Shown here: piece by piece, positions 41,911 through 50,720 of the stretch
How the letters are laid out: each line of letters begins with the position of its first letter
Position numbering within the stretch: position 1 is the first letter of the stretch
From: Patescibacteria group bacterium
GTDB lineage: Bacteria; Patescibacteriota; Patescibacteriia; Buchananbacterales; UBA6539
Direction: 5' to 3'
Length of the DNA: 64,000 nucleotides
Assembly (NCBI GenBank): GCA_041649675.1
Contig: JBAZMQ010000007.1
Coordinates: forward strand, 2,948 to 66,947
Made by a program: the position numbers and the translations under genes
Notes under the pieces: model-generated
Seen by the model: the letters and a program-made list of their open reading frames with translations, nothing else
The model's database searches: none
Told to the model about the DNA's origin: nothing

Positions 41911-42207
41911 TTATTCCAAAAATTTCAACCGCTGAACCACTTTAGTTGAATAATTACGATTTAACTCGTTAAGAATCCTGTTTTCTTGGCTTTTTAAGTC
42001 TTGGCTTAAAACCGAAGACAAGCAAGCAATATAAAGCGTACCGTCTTTTAAATGCATGGGTTTTATTTTTTTAGCAATTGAATCACCAAAAATATTTTTC
42101 ATCTTTGGCATAAAATCTTTTAAAATTTCAGCCGAATTCAGCTGGTTTTTAATGCCGGCTTTTTTTATTGATTTAGCCAAAAGTTTTTCTACCTTGATAA
42201 ATGCCAT
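41911..42207 (-). CDS. DUF721/DciA-like small protein
   Basis: pattern HLKDGTLYIACLSSVLSQDLKSQENRILNELN resembles the DUF721 C-terminal block. Confidence 0.45.
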   Translation of the reverse strand: MAFIKVEKLLAKSIKKAGIKNQLNSAEILKDFMPKMKNIFGDSIAKKIKPMHLKDGTLYIACLSSVLSQDLKSQENRILNELNRNYSTKVVQRLKFLE

Positions 42208-42222
42208 ATATTTTTTCTTACT

Positions 42223-42307
42223 GTCATTCTGAAGGAGCGAAGCGACTCAAGAATCTCCAACGCCCGAGATTCTTTGCGCTCAGTATTTGCCTGGAGCTCA
42301 GAATGAC
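42223..42307. repeat. MITE-like element, family 'GTCATTCTGAG' copy A
   Basis: terminal IR gtcattctga/ctcagaatgac; inner IR aagaatctc/gagattctt; second copy at 47083. Confidence 0.6.
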
Positions 42308-42315
42308 AATAGAAA

Positions 42316-45300
42316 CTAAAGCGCGCGAAACTCACAAATATTCTTGAAATCGCACCAAGCGCAAAGTTTGCTGGGTTTGGGCGGAAACTTGCCTTTTTTA
42401 ATTTCATTAATTGTGCAAATAATTTTTTGTTCCAGTTTCTCCAATTCTTTGTCTGTGCCTAAAAAGGAAACTTTGTTGCCGGTTTCAATATAATAAAAAG
42501 AAAGCAGTTTTACTTTTTCGGCCAAAACTTGTTGGGCGGCTAATTGATAAATTAACAACTGTTCCTTGTCTTCGGCCACAAAAGTCTCTTGAGTTTTTCC
42601 CTGGCCGGTTTTATAATCAATAATTTCAATTCCCCCAGCCAAAACATCAATACGATCAATCACGCCCTTAATGGTATATTCTTCGCCGCCAGTTGTAATT
42701 TTCAAATTAAACGGCCGCTCCAAATATTTTGGCACAGGCAAATCATTAGCAATAGTTTTGTAATACTCAACCAAGGCTTTTTTGCCTTTTTGTTTGTATT
42801 CATCTTGCTCCTGGCGGCTGGTATACCAATCATCAATCCAGGCTTTCTCATAGATTGCCAACAGTTCATCCAAAGTTACAATAGACTTCTGTTTTCTGTT
42901 TTCTGTTTTCTGTTTTCTGTTTTCATTACCAAACAAATCAACTTGAACCGCTTCTGCCCGCTGCTTAACTAAATCAAAAAATTGTTGCAAAGTCGCATGA
43001 ACAGTTTTACCAAAAGAAAAAACCGCTTTACCGCGAACCGGCACCCGTAAAATATGGGCAAAGCGATACTGGTAAGGACAGGACTCAAAAGCTTTCAGCT
43101 GGGTAAAGGAAAAACGCTTGGGTACCATGATTTCCAGATCCGAATTATCAATTTCCAAACCAATTTCTTTGATTTGTTCGTCCAGTAATCCCCGGCCTTT
43201 AACTTCCTTTTTATCTTCCGCGATGGCCAAACCAATTCCTTTGAGCTCCTGCAAAAAACAAGATAACTTTTTGGTTCTGGCGCCGCCGCAGTCCGAAGCC
43301 GAGGTAAAAAACAAACCAATTTTAGCCCGCGTCATGGCCACATAAAATAAACGGCGTTCTTCCTGCAAATGGACATTGCCTTCTGGCAAAATTTCTTTGA
43401 CCAATTTATCCGGTAATTGAATCGGATCTTTGCGGTCGTCGGTAGGAAAACGCCGATCAACTAAATTAACAATAAAAACATATTTAAATTCCAAACCTTT
43501 GGCCGCATGAACGGTCATAATCTTTACACTGTCGGGGCCTTGGTCAAAATTGTTTTCCAAAGCACCCGCTTCGCCGGCCTCTAACTCCAATTCAATCAAA
43601 GCCAAAAAGTTCTTTGCCGACTTATCGTCATTGGCATTTTCAAACTCGGTAATCTTTTTGTAAAATTGATTTAAATAGCTTACCGCCTGCTGACTAGCAG
43701 TACTATCCTGGCGGGTTAATGATTTTAGATAGCCAGTATCTTCCAAAAAAGCTACCACTACCTGACCAACTGAACCTTGGGCGGCTAAACGGCTGTGTTT
43801 TTCAATCAAATCAACAATGTATTTCATTTTTTCCTTGGTAGCTAAATCAACATTCTGCCAAGCGGAAATATATTGCAAAGTTTGATACAGAGAGTAGCCT
43901 TTGCGGCCGGCCCAGTAATTTAGATTAGTCAAATCACGAGTTTGCAAACCAAAAAATGGCAAATTCAAAATTCGATACATAGCCGTACTCTCGTGATAAT
44001 TATCCAGCAATTTTAAGTAAGCAATGATGTCTAAAATTACCGGCTTGCTGTAAAGCCCGCGCGAAGCCATAAATTGGTAAGGAATTTGGGTTTGAGCAAT
44101 GGCAGTGACAAAAAAGTTAGCCGCGTCGTTAGTCCGGGTTAAAATCGCAAAATCATTCCAGACTAATTTTTTATCCTTTTCCTTCAAATCTACAATCTGT
44201 TTGAGCACGGCTCGGACTTCGTCGTCAATATTGGCAAAATGCCAATGAGCAATCATTGCTTTTTCCTTGTTTTCAGCAATTAACTTTTTGGTCAGTTGGC
44301 TACCCTTACCGTTTTTAACTTTTGCCAATTTGACTTCTAACCGGTCAGGATTATTTTGTTGGATAAATTTATAAGATAAATCCAAAATATTTTGGGCCGA
44401 GCGGTAATTTTTGGTTAAAAATATTTCTTTGGCCTGAGGGTAATCTTTTTTGAATTCCAAAATATTGGAAACCGAAGCGCCGCGGAATTTATAAATTGAC
44501 TGATCATCATCACCCACGACGGTAACATTATTTTTGGGTGCGGCTAAAAGTTTTACCATCTCATACTGAGCGTAATTGGTATCCTGAAACTCATCAACCA
44601 AAATATATTTGAACTTTTGCCGGTACTGGGTCAAAACCGCCGGCCGCTTTTTAAAAAGCTGCAAACAATAATTAATCAAATCACCAAAATCCAAAGCGTT
44701 ATTTTCCAAAAGTAACTGCTGATAAACATGGTAAGCGTCAGCCACCTCTTGCGCTTTTTTAATTTCCGAAGCGACCAACTCTTTTTTTTCTTTTTTGGTC
44801 AGCGATTTAATAGTTTGAGGATCTAAAAAATCTTTAATAAAATCAGTTGAATCGGAATTGAGTTTTAAATCCTGAACATATTTTAAATAATCTTGGGGCG
44901 TAACCGCTTCATCTTTGGCGCGGGAAAATAATTTAATTAAAGCATGAATAAATTTAGTCGGGTTGCCCATTGGCCGGTAATAATCCAAATTAAACCGGTC
45001 TAAATTCTGGCGAACCAGCAGCCACTGCTGGGTTTGATTTAATAATTTAAAATCATTGGGCAAGCCAATTTCCAAAGCGTTTTCTTTCAAAATCTTTTCG
45101 GCAAAAGCGTGAAAAGTAAAGATCCATAAATCCAAATAACCATAAGGTAAAAGTTTATCCACCCGCTCTTCCATTTCACCGGCAGCTTTTTCGGTAAAAG
45201 TCAGGGCTAAAATTTGATCACCCGTGGCTTTCTTTTGCTCAATTAGCCAGCCCAAACGCTGGGTAATTACTGTGGTTTTGCCAGTCCCGGCACCAGCTAC

Positions 45301-45375
45301 AATCAAAAGCGGGCCGCCATCGTGACTGACTGCCTTTCTTTGTTCCTCGTTAAGAGTTTTAAGATTGATCTCCAT
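42316..45375 (-). CDS. UvrD/PcrA-like SF1 helicase fused to C-terminal PD-(D/E)XK (AddB/Cas4-like, Cys-cluster) nuclease
   Basis: Walker A GAGTGKT, helicase motifs, C-terminal C..C..CAWC cluster. Confidence 0.85.
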   Translation of the reverse strand: MEINLKTLNEEQRKAVSHDGGPLLIVAGAGTGKTTVITQRLGWLIEQKKATGDQILALTFTEKAAGEMEERVDKLLPYGYLDLWIFTFHAFAEKILKENALEIGLPNDFKLLNQTQQWLLVRQNLDRFNLDYYRPMGNPTKFIHALIKLFSRAKDEAVTPQDYLKYVQDLKLNSDSTDFIKDFLDPQTIKSLTKKEKKELVASEIKKAQEVADAYHVYQQLLLENNALDFGDLINYCLQLFKKRPAVLTQYRQKFKYILVDEFQDTNYAQYEMVKLLAAPKNNVTVVGDDDQSIYKFRGASVSNILEFKKDYPQAKEIFLTKNYRSAQNILDLSYKFIQQNNPDRLEVKLAKVKNGKGSQLTKKLIAENKEKAMIAHWHFANIDDEVRAVLKQIVDLKEKDKKLVWNDFAILTRTNDAANFFVTAIAQTQIPYQFMASRGLYSKPVILDIIAYLKLLDNYHESTAMYRILNLPFFGLQTRDLTNLNYWAGRKGYSLYQTLQYISAWQNVDLATKEKMKYIVDLIEKHSRLAAQGSVGQVVVAFLEDTGYLKSLTRQDSTASQQAVSYLNQFYKKITEFENANDDKSAKNFLALIELELEAGEAGALENNFDQGPDSVKIMTVHAAKGLEFKYVFIVNLVDRRFPTDDRKDPIQLPDKLVKEILPEGNVHLQEERRLFYVAMTRAKIGLFFTSASDCGGARTKKLSCFLQELKGIGLAIAEDKKEVKGRGLLDEQIKEIGLEIDNSDLEIMVPKRFSFTQLKAFESCPYQYRFAHILRVPVRGKAVFSFGKTVHATLQQFFDLVKQRAEAVQVDLFGNENRKQKTENRKQKSIVTLDELLAIYEKAWIDDWYTSRQEQDEYKQKGKKALVEYYKTIANDLPVPKYLERPFNLKITTGGEEYTIKGVIDRIDVLAGGIEIIDYKTGQGKTQETFVAEDKEQLLIYQLAAQQVLAEKVKLLSFYYIETGNKVSFLGTDKELEKLEQKIICTINEIKKGKFPPKPSKLCAWCDFKNICEFRAL
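42887..42924. repeat. in-frame heptamer repeat (ttctgtt x5) in helicase encoding ENRKQKTENRKQK
   Basis: directly visible. Confidence 0.6.
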
Positions 45376-45429
45376 GCTCTTATTTTAACATAATGGCTGG
45401 ATAAAAAAAGACCGCCTTGAAATTTTGGT

Positions 45430-45645
45430 TCAAAGCGGAAATTGGTTCCGGGAATAGATAAAAGAACTTGGCTGAATTTCAACCCGATGCAAAACGGCAT
45501 TAAGCTGACGAGGCAAGGCAACTAAAAGTTGCCAAGCTGCTTCATTGACTTGCCGATCAAGGCGCCAGTCAACCCTGGCTTTGGGTGCAAACGATAAAAT
45601 TACTGAGACCAGCAAAGCAAGCAGAATTCTTTTTGTTCTCTTCAT
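45430..45645 (-). CDS. small secreted hypothetical protein
   Basis: signal-peptide-like N-terminus; GC-rich; weak call. Confidence 0.3.
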   Translation of the reverse strand: MKRTKRILLALLVSVILSFAPKARVDWRLDRQVNEAAWQLLVALPRQLNAVLHRVEIQPSSFIYSRNQFPL

Positions 45646-45759
45646 TTAACCTTCCTCCATTTTAAAAACCACCTTGCTTCACCTCAGCTTAAATAACATC
45701 AACGGTAAAGTCAAGCTAAAAAAATAACCCATTAAAATTCACTGGGAATTATAAACGGG

Positions 45760-46857
45760 TTATACGTCAATGTTCACGGCCATGTTGCTTTTGGCCGAAG
45801 TATAGGCGGCATCAATGATTTTCATTAACATCAGTGCCTCTTCGGGTTTGGTTAAGGGCTCTGCCTGGCCTGAAATGGCTTGGACAAAATTCATCGCTGC
45901 CAATTCCCGGCCCATCTTTGGGTCAACATCAATGACCGGCTGGGCTACCACCTGGCTGCCGTTGTCGTTGCTAAAAATCTGGTAGCTGTCGTGGGCAGTC
46001 GAATCAATACCGTCTTTTCCCCATACTCGGGAAATGTTGGCGCCGCCCCTTGAGCCCTGGATAGCCACCTGGAAATATTCCCGCTTAATCCCTTCTGCCC
46101 AGGAAGTCTGGCAGATAAGGCCGCGGCCATCTTCAAAGGTGACCAAGAATTTCAGGCTGCTTTCCACATCAGACTCCCCGTTTCCTTGTACCTCCAAGCC
46201 ATAGTTGCCGATAAAATCCGGTGTCATCATGCTATTGGATTTGAACGCCAGCACGGTCCAGGGTTTAGGATGGCCCATAAACCAAAGTGCCAGGTCCAAA
46301 ATATGCGGCGCCAGATCAATTCCGGCTCCGCCGCCGGAAATTTCCTGGCTGGTAAAGGCGCCACCCAAACCGGGAATGCCGTGCGGCCGGCGCCAGGCAA
46401 CCTCGGCTGATTCGATCAAACCAAAATCGCCTCGTAAAGCACGTCTTTTCAAATCCTGCATATCCGACCGCGCGCGATTGTTCATGACCGGCACCAACAA
46501 AACATTATTTGCCTTGGCCGCATCTATCATGCGCTGAAACTCCTCGGCGTTCATGGCTGGCGGTTTTTCCACGTATACATGTTTTCCGGCCTGCAGACAC
46601 TCAATGGCGATTGGAGCGTGAAAGCAGTTGGGCGTTATGACGCTAACAGCGTCAATATCTTTACCAACTGCAGCCAGCATTTCAGTAACGGAAGAGTAGC
46701 AATACGCTCTATCTACTCCCCATCGGTGTGCCGCATTATACAACCGATTTATGTCGGTATCAACCAGAGCTGTAATCCCAGCCCCGGCGGCAACAAAACC
46801 ATTGCGGTGATAACCTGAAATACCGCCACAACCAACAATACAAATTCTCTTAGCCAT
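45760..46857 (-). CDS. Gfo/Idh/MocA family NAD(P)-dependent oxidoreductase
   Basis: Rossmann RICIVGCGGISG, EKP motif; start MAKRIC with SD aagggag; GC-rich. Confidence 0.8.
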   Translation of the reverse strand: MAKRICIVGCGGISGYHRNGFVAAGAGITALVDTDINRLYNAAHRWGVDRAYCYSSVTEMLAAVGKDIDAVSVITPNCFHAPIAIECLQAGKHVYVEKPPAMNAEEFQRMIDAAKANNVLLVPVMNNRARSDMQDLKRRALRGDFGLIESAEVAWRRPHGIPGLGGAFTSQEISGGGAGIDLAPHILDLALWFMGHPKPWTVLAFKSNSMMTPDFIGNYGLEVQGNGESDVESSLKFLVTFEDGRGLICQTSWAEGIKREYFQVAIQGSRGGANISRVWGKDGIDSTAHDSYQIFSNDNGSQVVAQPVIDVDPKMGRELAAMNFVQAISGQAEPLTKPEEALMLMKIIDAAYTSAKSNMAVNIDV

Positions 46858-47035
46858 ACACAATTCTCCCTTAAATTTGTCCGAGGCAAACCTCGGAGGT
46901 TTCTTTAACCAAACTGATCTTTCTTCCTTCACCGATTTAATTTAAAGGTTTTTATCTCCTTTCCTTAGATTAACCGATTTTTCAATTAAATCATAAACTT
47001 ATTATGAATGGAATGTGCACCCCCTCCTAAAACTG

Positions 47036-47069
47036 CCTACACCTTACTGATTATTTACCAAAAAGTCAA
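47036..47069 (-). promoter_or_regulatory. promoter-like TTGACT..TAAGGT block (copy 1 of duplicated upstream region)
   Basis: near-identical 50-nt block also at 49018-49070, each upstream of an island gene. Confidence 0.35.
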
Positions 47070-47082
47070 GGATAAACCAACT

Positions 47083-47165
47083 GTCATTCTGAGCTTCAGG
47101 CAGGGATTAAATCTCAAACATTTGAGATTCTTCGCGCTAAAATATCGCTTAGAGCTCAGAATGAC
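47083..47165. repeat. MITE-like element, family 'GTCATTCTGAG' copy B
   Basis: colinear with 42223..42307; both followed by aatagaaa. Confidence 0.6.
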
Positions 47166-47283
47166 AATAGAAAATATTCGCATGTGCGTATTCGTAACGC
47201 TATTAGAATACAAAAAAACCGCCTTCAGAATTCACTTTTGGTAAATTCCGAAAACGGTGGAAATAAACTCTCCAAGCTTTGGT

Positions 47284-48972
47284 TTATGCTTCCAGGTTAA
47301 GCTGAAAACATTGCCCAGTCACAACTGTCTGAGGCAAAACTTCAACGTCTTGCCCGATTATGATGGGGAAAGGCAAAACCGCCCTGATGCGTTCAATGGT
47401 CCAGTCTGGCATCCGGGCAATCAACTTCAGCCCATTCTCGGTGAGCTCAAGTGCGCCAAAGTCGGTTACGTAGAAAACCCGCTTACCGGCTCTCAAGGCT
47501 TCATCGGCATTAAACGTGACTTCCATGACTTTTTCAACAAAACGGACGGCACCGTTTTTTTCGTTGTGCAAACGCATAACGAAAAATAAATTTCTGGCAC
47601 CGTGCATTATTGTCATGGCTCCGCCCGGTCCGACAAACTGGCTCACCAGCTTGCCAAAGCGCGACAAGTTCACGTTGCCCTTCTGGTCAATTTCCAGTGC
47701 TCCCAGCACGGCAAAGGCAATGCCTTTCATGAAATCAGCAAACACTTCCCAGGACTCATACATTTTAGTCGGGCCAATCATGCCACCAAAAAACGGTCCG
47801 GGCGCTGGCGTACCGCCTTCAGGTCCGCTCTCAATCTTGATTTTGAGATTTGCCGTCAAACCGGCCCGCCGCATCCAATAAGCCACTACCTCGGCCAAAC
47901 CCACGCCGATATTGCCGTCGTCGCCGATCTTTAAAATTTTGGACATCAGATAGACAACGATCCGAGCGACTACATTGTCTTTGAGCGTGCGTCTGGGAGT
48001 CAGCTTGGCAATCTGGCAAATCCATTTAATAACCTCAAGCGCCCGCCGGGAATTAACGCCGCTATTGGGAATCAAAGCCCAAAACGGATGCCGCTGACTA
48101 TAAAAAAATGCTTGCGGTGTTTCAGGCCGGATAACAACGTAATCAACCAAATGCCCTGGAATATAAATATCTTCAGAGGCAAGTTCGTCTACGTAATAAG
48201 CAGCCTGAACAATAACAATCCCGGGTTTTGGGTTTCCAACTTTTACTGCCATAACAGCGGCAAATTTTTCACCATACAGGGCGCATCTTTTAACCGAGAC
48301 ATTGCCGTGCTTATCAGCCGTAGTAGCATTAATGATTGCAACGTTTGGCCATGGACAAGTGTAGCAAAGCTGATTGCCGTCAGGAGTTACTGTCACGAAT
48401 TGTTCGGTGGTATTACCACCAAGCCTGGTTCCTGGCCCCAGCCGCGGATCCATAAACGTCTTTAGCCCAACTTTGGTTAAAAATTGATCCATTCCTTTCA
48501 TCAGGGCAGCAAAAAGTTGAGAAAATTCACCTTGCGGAATACAAAACATTTTGATCCGCCCTTGATCCGCTGCCTGCCTGGCGCGATAAAAGGTTTCGTG
48601 ATGGCCAGTAATCCACATGCTTACCAAGCCAGGAAACTCAGCCCACCGGTCAATTGACCAAAATCCCCGATTCCGGTCACCCTGACCAGCGATTGGCTCA
48701 ACCACTAAACCTTGGGGCTCGCCAACTCGTTTAAATGACACGACAACGGCTTTAAAAATAGCCGAGCACCAGCCAGTAATGCCTAAATCGGAAGCGACAA
48801 CAACGCTACCCGACTTAATTTTTTGGGCCGCTTCGGCCGCGGAAATAAATTTAGGGTTATTGGGTGGCCCATAATTTTTTTCCAGCCGACGGGGTTCAGA
48901 TCCCCAATACTTCCAGTACAGTAGGCGCAAAACTGCCCACACAATCGCAAAAAAATCACCGATTCGCTCCAT
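47284..48972 (-). CDS. CoA-transferase family protein (acetyl-CoA hydrolase/transferase-like, fused two-domain)
   Basis: N-terminal AAEAAQKIKSGSVVV..G CoA-transferase-like motif; size about 560 aa; SD taaggaga; GC-rich. Confidence 0.6.
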   Translation of the reverse strand: MERIGDFFAIVWAVLRLLYWKYWGSEPRRLEKNYGPPNNPKFISAAEAAQKIKSGSVVVASDLGITGWCSAIFKAVVVSFKRVGEPQGLVVEPIAGQGDRNRGFWSIDRWAEFPGLVSMWITGHHETFYRARQAADQGRIKMFCIPQGEFSQLFAALMKGMDQFLTKVGLKTFMDPRLGPGTRLGGNTTEQFVTVTPDGNQLCYTCPWPNVAIINATTADKHGNVSVKRCALYGEKFAAVMAVKVGNPKPGIVIVQAAYYVDELASEDIYIPGHLVDYVVIRPETPQAFFYSQRHPFWALIPNSGVNSRRALEVIKWICQIAKLTPRRTLKDNVVARIVVYLMSKILKIGDDGNIGVGLAEVVAYWMRRAGLTANLKIKIESGPEGGTPAPGPFFGGMIGPTKMYESWEVFADFMKGIAFAVLGALEIDQKGNVNLSRFGKLVSQFVGPGGAMTIMHGARNLFFVMRLHNEKNGAVRFVEKVMEVTFNADEALRAGKRVFYVTDFGALELTENGLKLIARMPDWTIERIRAVLPFPIIIGQDVEVLPQTVVTGQCFQLNLEA

Positions 48973-49035
48973 AGCCTGTTCTCCTTATAAGGTTAAACGG
49001 ATTTTATCTGTCTCAAATTTGAAGGAACATCCTCC

Positions 49036-49067
49036 TAAACTCTTTAATACCTTACTGATTATTTACC
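49036..49067 (-). promoter_or_regulatory. promoter-like TTGACT..TAAGGT block (copy 2)
   Basis: see 47036..47069. Confidence 0.35.
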
Positions 49068-49214
49068 AAAAAGTCAATGATTCAACGTATCATTGCGAGG
49101 AATTCCAATTATATTAGGACTCACAATAACAAACAAAAAATCCTCTGGTTTGAGGATAGATTCAACTGCCCAAATTTTACTTTGGCTGGTTATATTCTAT
49201 TTTTTTTATTCTTC

Positions 49215-49334
49215 TTAATAGCAGCACTCACCAGCTGGCTTGCCTGACCCACAGTCACATGGCTCAGCTGCGCCGCAGCATTCACCATATGGTTTGCCCG
49301 AACCACAGGGGCAATCATCATCTAAATGTGGCAT
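49215..49334 (-). CDS. 39-aa Cys-rich peptide with two tandem SEC-C-like metal-binding motifs
   Basis: translation MPHLDDDCPCGSGKPYGECCGAAEPCDCGSGKPAGECCY; below the ORF-track length cutoff. Confidence 0.35.
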   Translation of the reverse strand: MPHLDDDCPCGSGKPYGECCGAAEPCDCGSGKPAGECCY

Positions 49335-49345
49335 ATTTGCCTTGA

Positions 49346-50161
49346 TTAGATATTAAATAAATTAAGGGCGTTTTTGAAGGTTTGCTCTTCAATTTTATTA
49401 TACTCAGTCTCTCTAATTTCAGCAATTTTTTGAGCCACATATTTAACGTATTGCGGCACATTGCGCTGACCGCGGAAAGGAACAGGGGCTAGCCACGGAC
49501 AGTCAGTCTCAATCAGAACTGCTTCTAAAGGCAGGCTCTTAATCACTTCAGCCAAGACTTGGGTTTTAGGAAAAGTAATAATGCCGGTAAAACCAACAAA
49601 AAATCCCTGCTGCCAAAAAGCCAGGGCTTGCTTAACTGTTCCACCAAAGCAATGAATCACCCCCTTGGTCGTATTTTCTTTTTTTAAAATTTTTAGAATT
49701 TCCTCATAAACATCGGTCCTGCCTGCCGGCAGGCAGGCTTGGCCATCTTTGCTGTTTCGGGCATGGACAATTACCGGTAAATCAAATTCTTTAGCCAAAT
49801 GCAAATGTTGGATAAAAACTTTTTTTTGATTATCAAAATTTTTGTCATCATGAAAAAAATCAATTCCCGTTTCACCAATGGCCACCACTTTTTTAGAACT
49901 GGCAATCAAATCTTTATATTCTTTTAGTTCAAAAACTTCGGGGTGAAAACTGCTGCCCGGAGTATGAATCGGATGCAGGGCCACGGCAGCATAAACGCCC
50001 TGGTTGTAATTTTGAGCAATGGCAATTGCCTTTTGGCTGGTGTTTAACTGCGAACCAACATTAATTAAAAAAATATTATTCTTCTGGCAATCCGCAATTA
50101 TTGTTTGCCAATCAACATTAAAATCCTCAAAATTTAAATGGGCGTGGGAATCAAAAAGCAT
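49346..50161 (-). CDS. tatD: TatD family metal-dependent hydrolase (DNase)
   Basis: FDSHAHL, HCF..G motifs. Confidence 0.85.
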   Translation of the reverse strand: MLFDSHAHLNFEDFNVDWQTIIADCQKNNIFLINVGSQLNTSQKAIAIAQNYNQGVYAAVALHPIHTPGSSFHPEVFELKEYKDLIASSKKVVAIGETGIDFFHDDKNFDNQKKVFIQHLHLAKEFDLPVIVHARNSKDGQACLPAGRTDVYEEILKILKKENTTKGVIHCFGGTVKQALAFWQQGFFVGFTGIITFPKTQVLAEVIKSLPLEAVLIETDCPWLAPVPFRGQRNVPQYVKYVAQKIAEIRETEYNKIEEQTFKNALNLFNI

Positions 50162-50167
50162 AATTTA

Positions 50168-50686
50168 TTAAAATACTGATTTGAGCTGTCGGAGCAACTC
50201 GGGCAAAAGCGGGGTTAGAACGCTAGAAATATCAACCAAAAGAATTGCCACTTTGGAACTAGCCAAAACACTGGCTAGCCAGTCAGAGGCCACAAACCGA
50301 GAAACAAAATATAAAATCAAACCAATGACCAAAATACCTTCCAACAAACCCAGAATTGCTCCCAATAAACGGTTAAGACTTTTGGTAAAAGGGATAAGAG
50401 AAATAATATTAAAAACTTTGTTGATTACCCAAAATATTAAACCGATTAAACGGTTAATAACCGTAAAAATAACGATAAAAGCAATAATTCTGGCGGCATT
50501 GGGATGACCCATCAAAAACGGCGTTAGCCATTGACCAATTGGTTCATAAAAAGCACCGGCAGCCCAAGCACCAATCACGACGCCGATTAAAGCACCAATA
50601 GTTTGGACTAAGCCTAGGGCAAAACCAAAGGCAATGAAAAGGAACAGGACCAAAAGTAAGATGAGATCTAAAATAGTTAGATACAT
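50168..50686 (-). CDS. CvpA-family membrane protein
   Basis: 4 TM, size and hydrophobic pattern consistent with CvpA. Confidence 0.55.
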   Translation of the reverse strand: MYLTILDLILLLVLFLFIAFGFALGLVQTIGALIGVVIGAWAAGAFYEPIGQWLTPFLMGHPNAARIIAFIVIFTVINRLIGLIFWVINKVFNIISLIPFTKSLNRLLGAILGLLEGILVIGLILYFVSRFVASDWLASVLASSKVAILLVDISSVLTPLLPELLRQLKSVF

Positions 50687-50720
50687 AAATTTTACTTAGG
50701 TTATTAGATTATATAAGAAA

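Noticed and set aside
42189-42407. Small ORFs overlapping the MITE-like elements (42189..42407, 47008..47244)
   Set aside because: Reading frames are created by the repeat hairpins themselves (VILSxAKNL-type artefacts) and are not conserved outside the repeat
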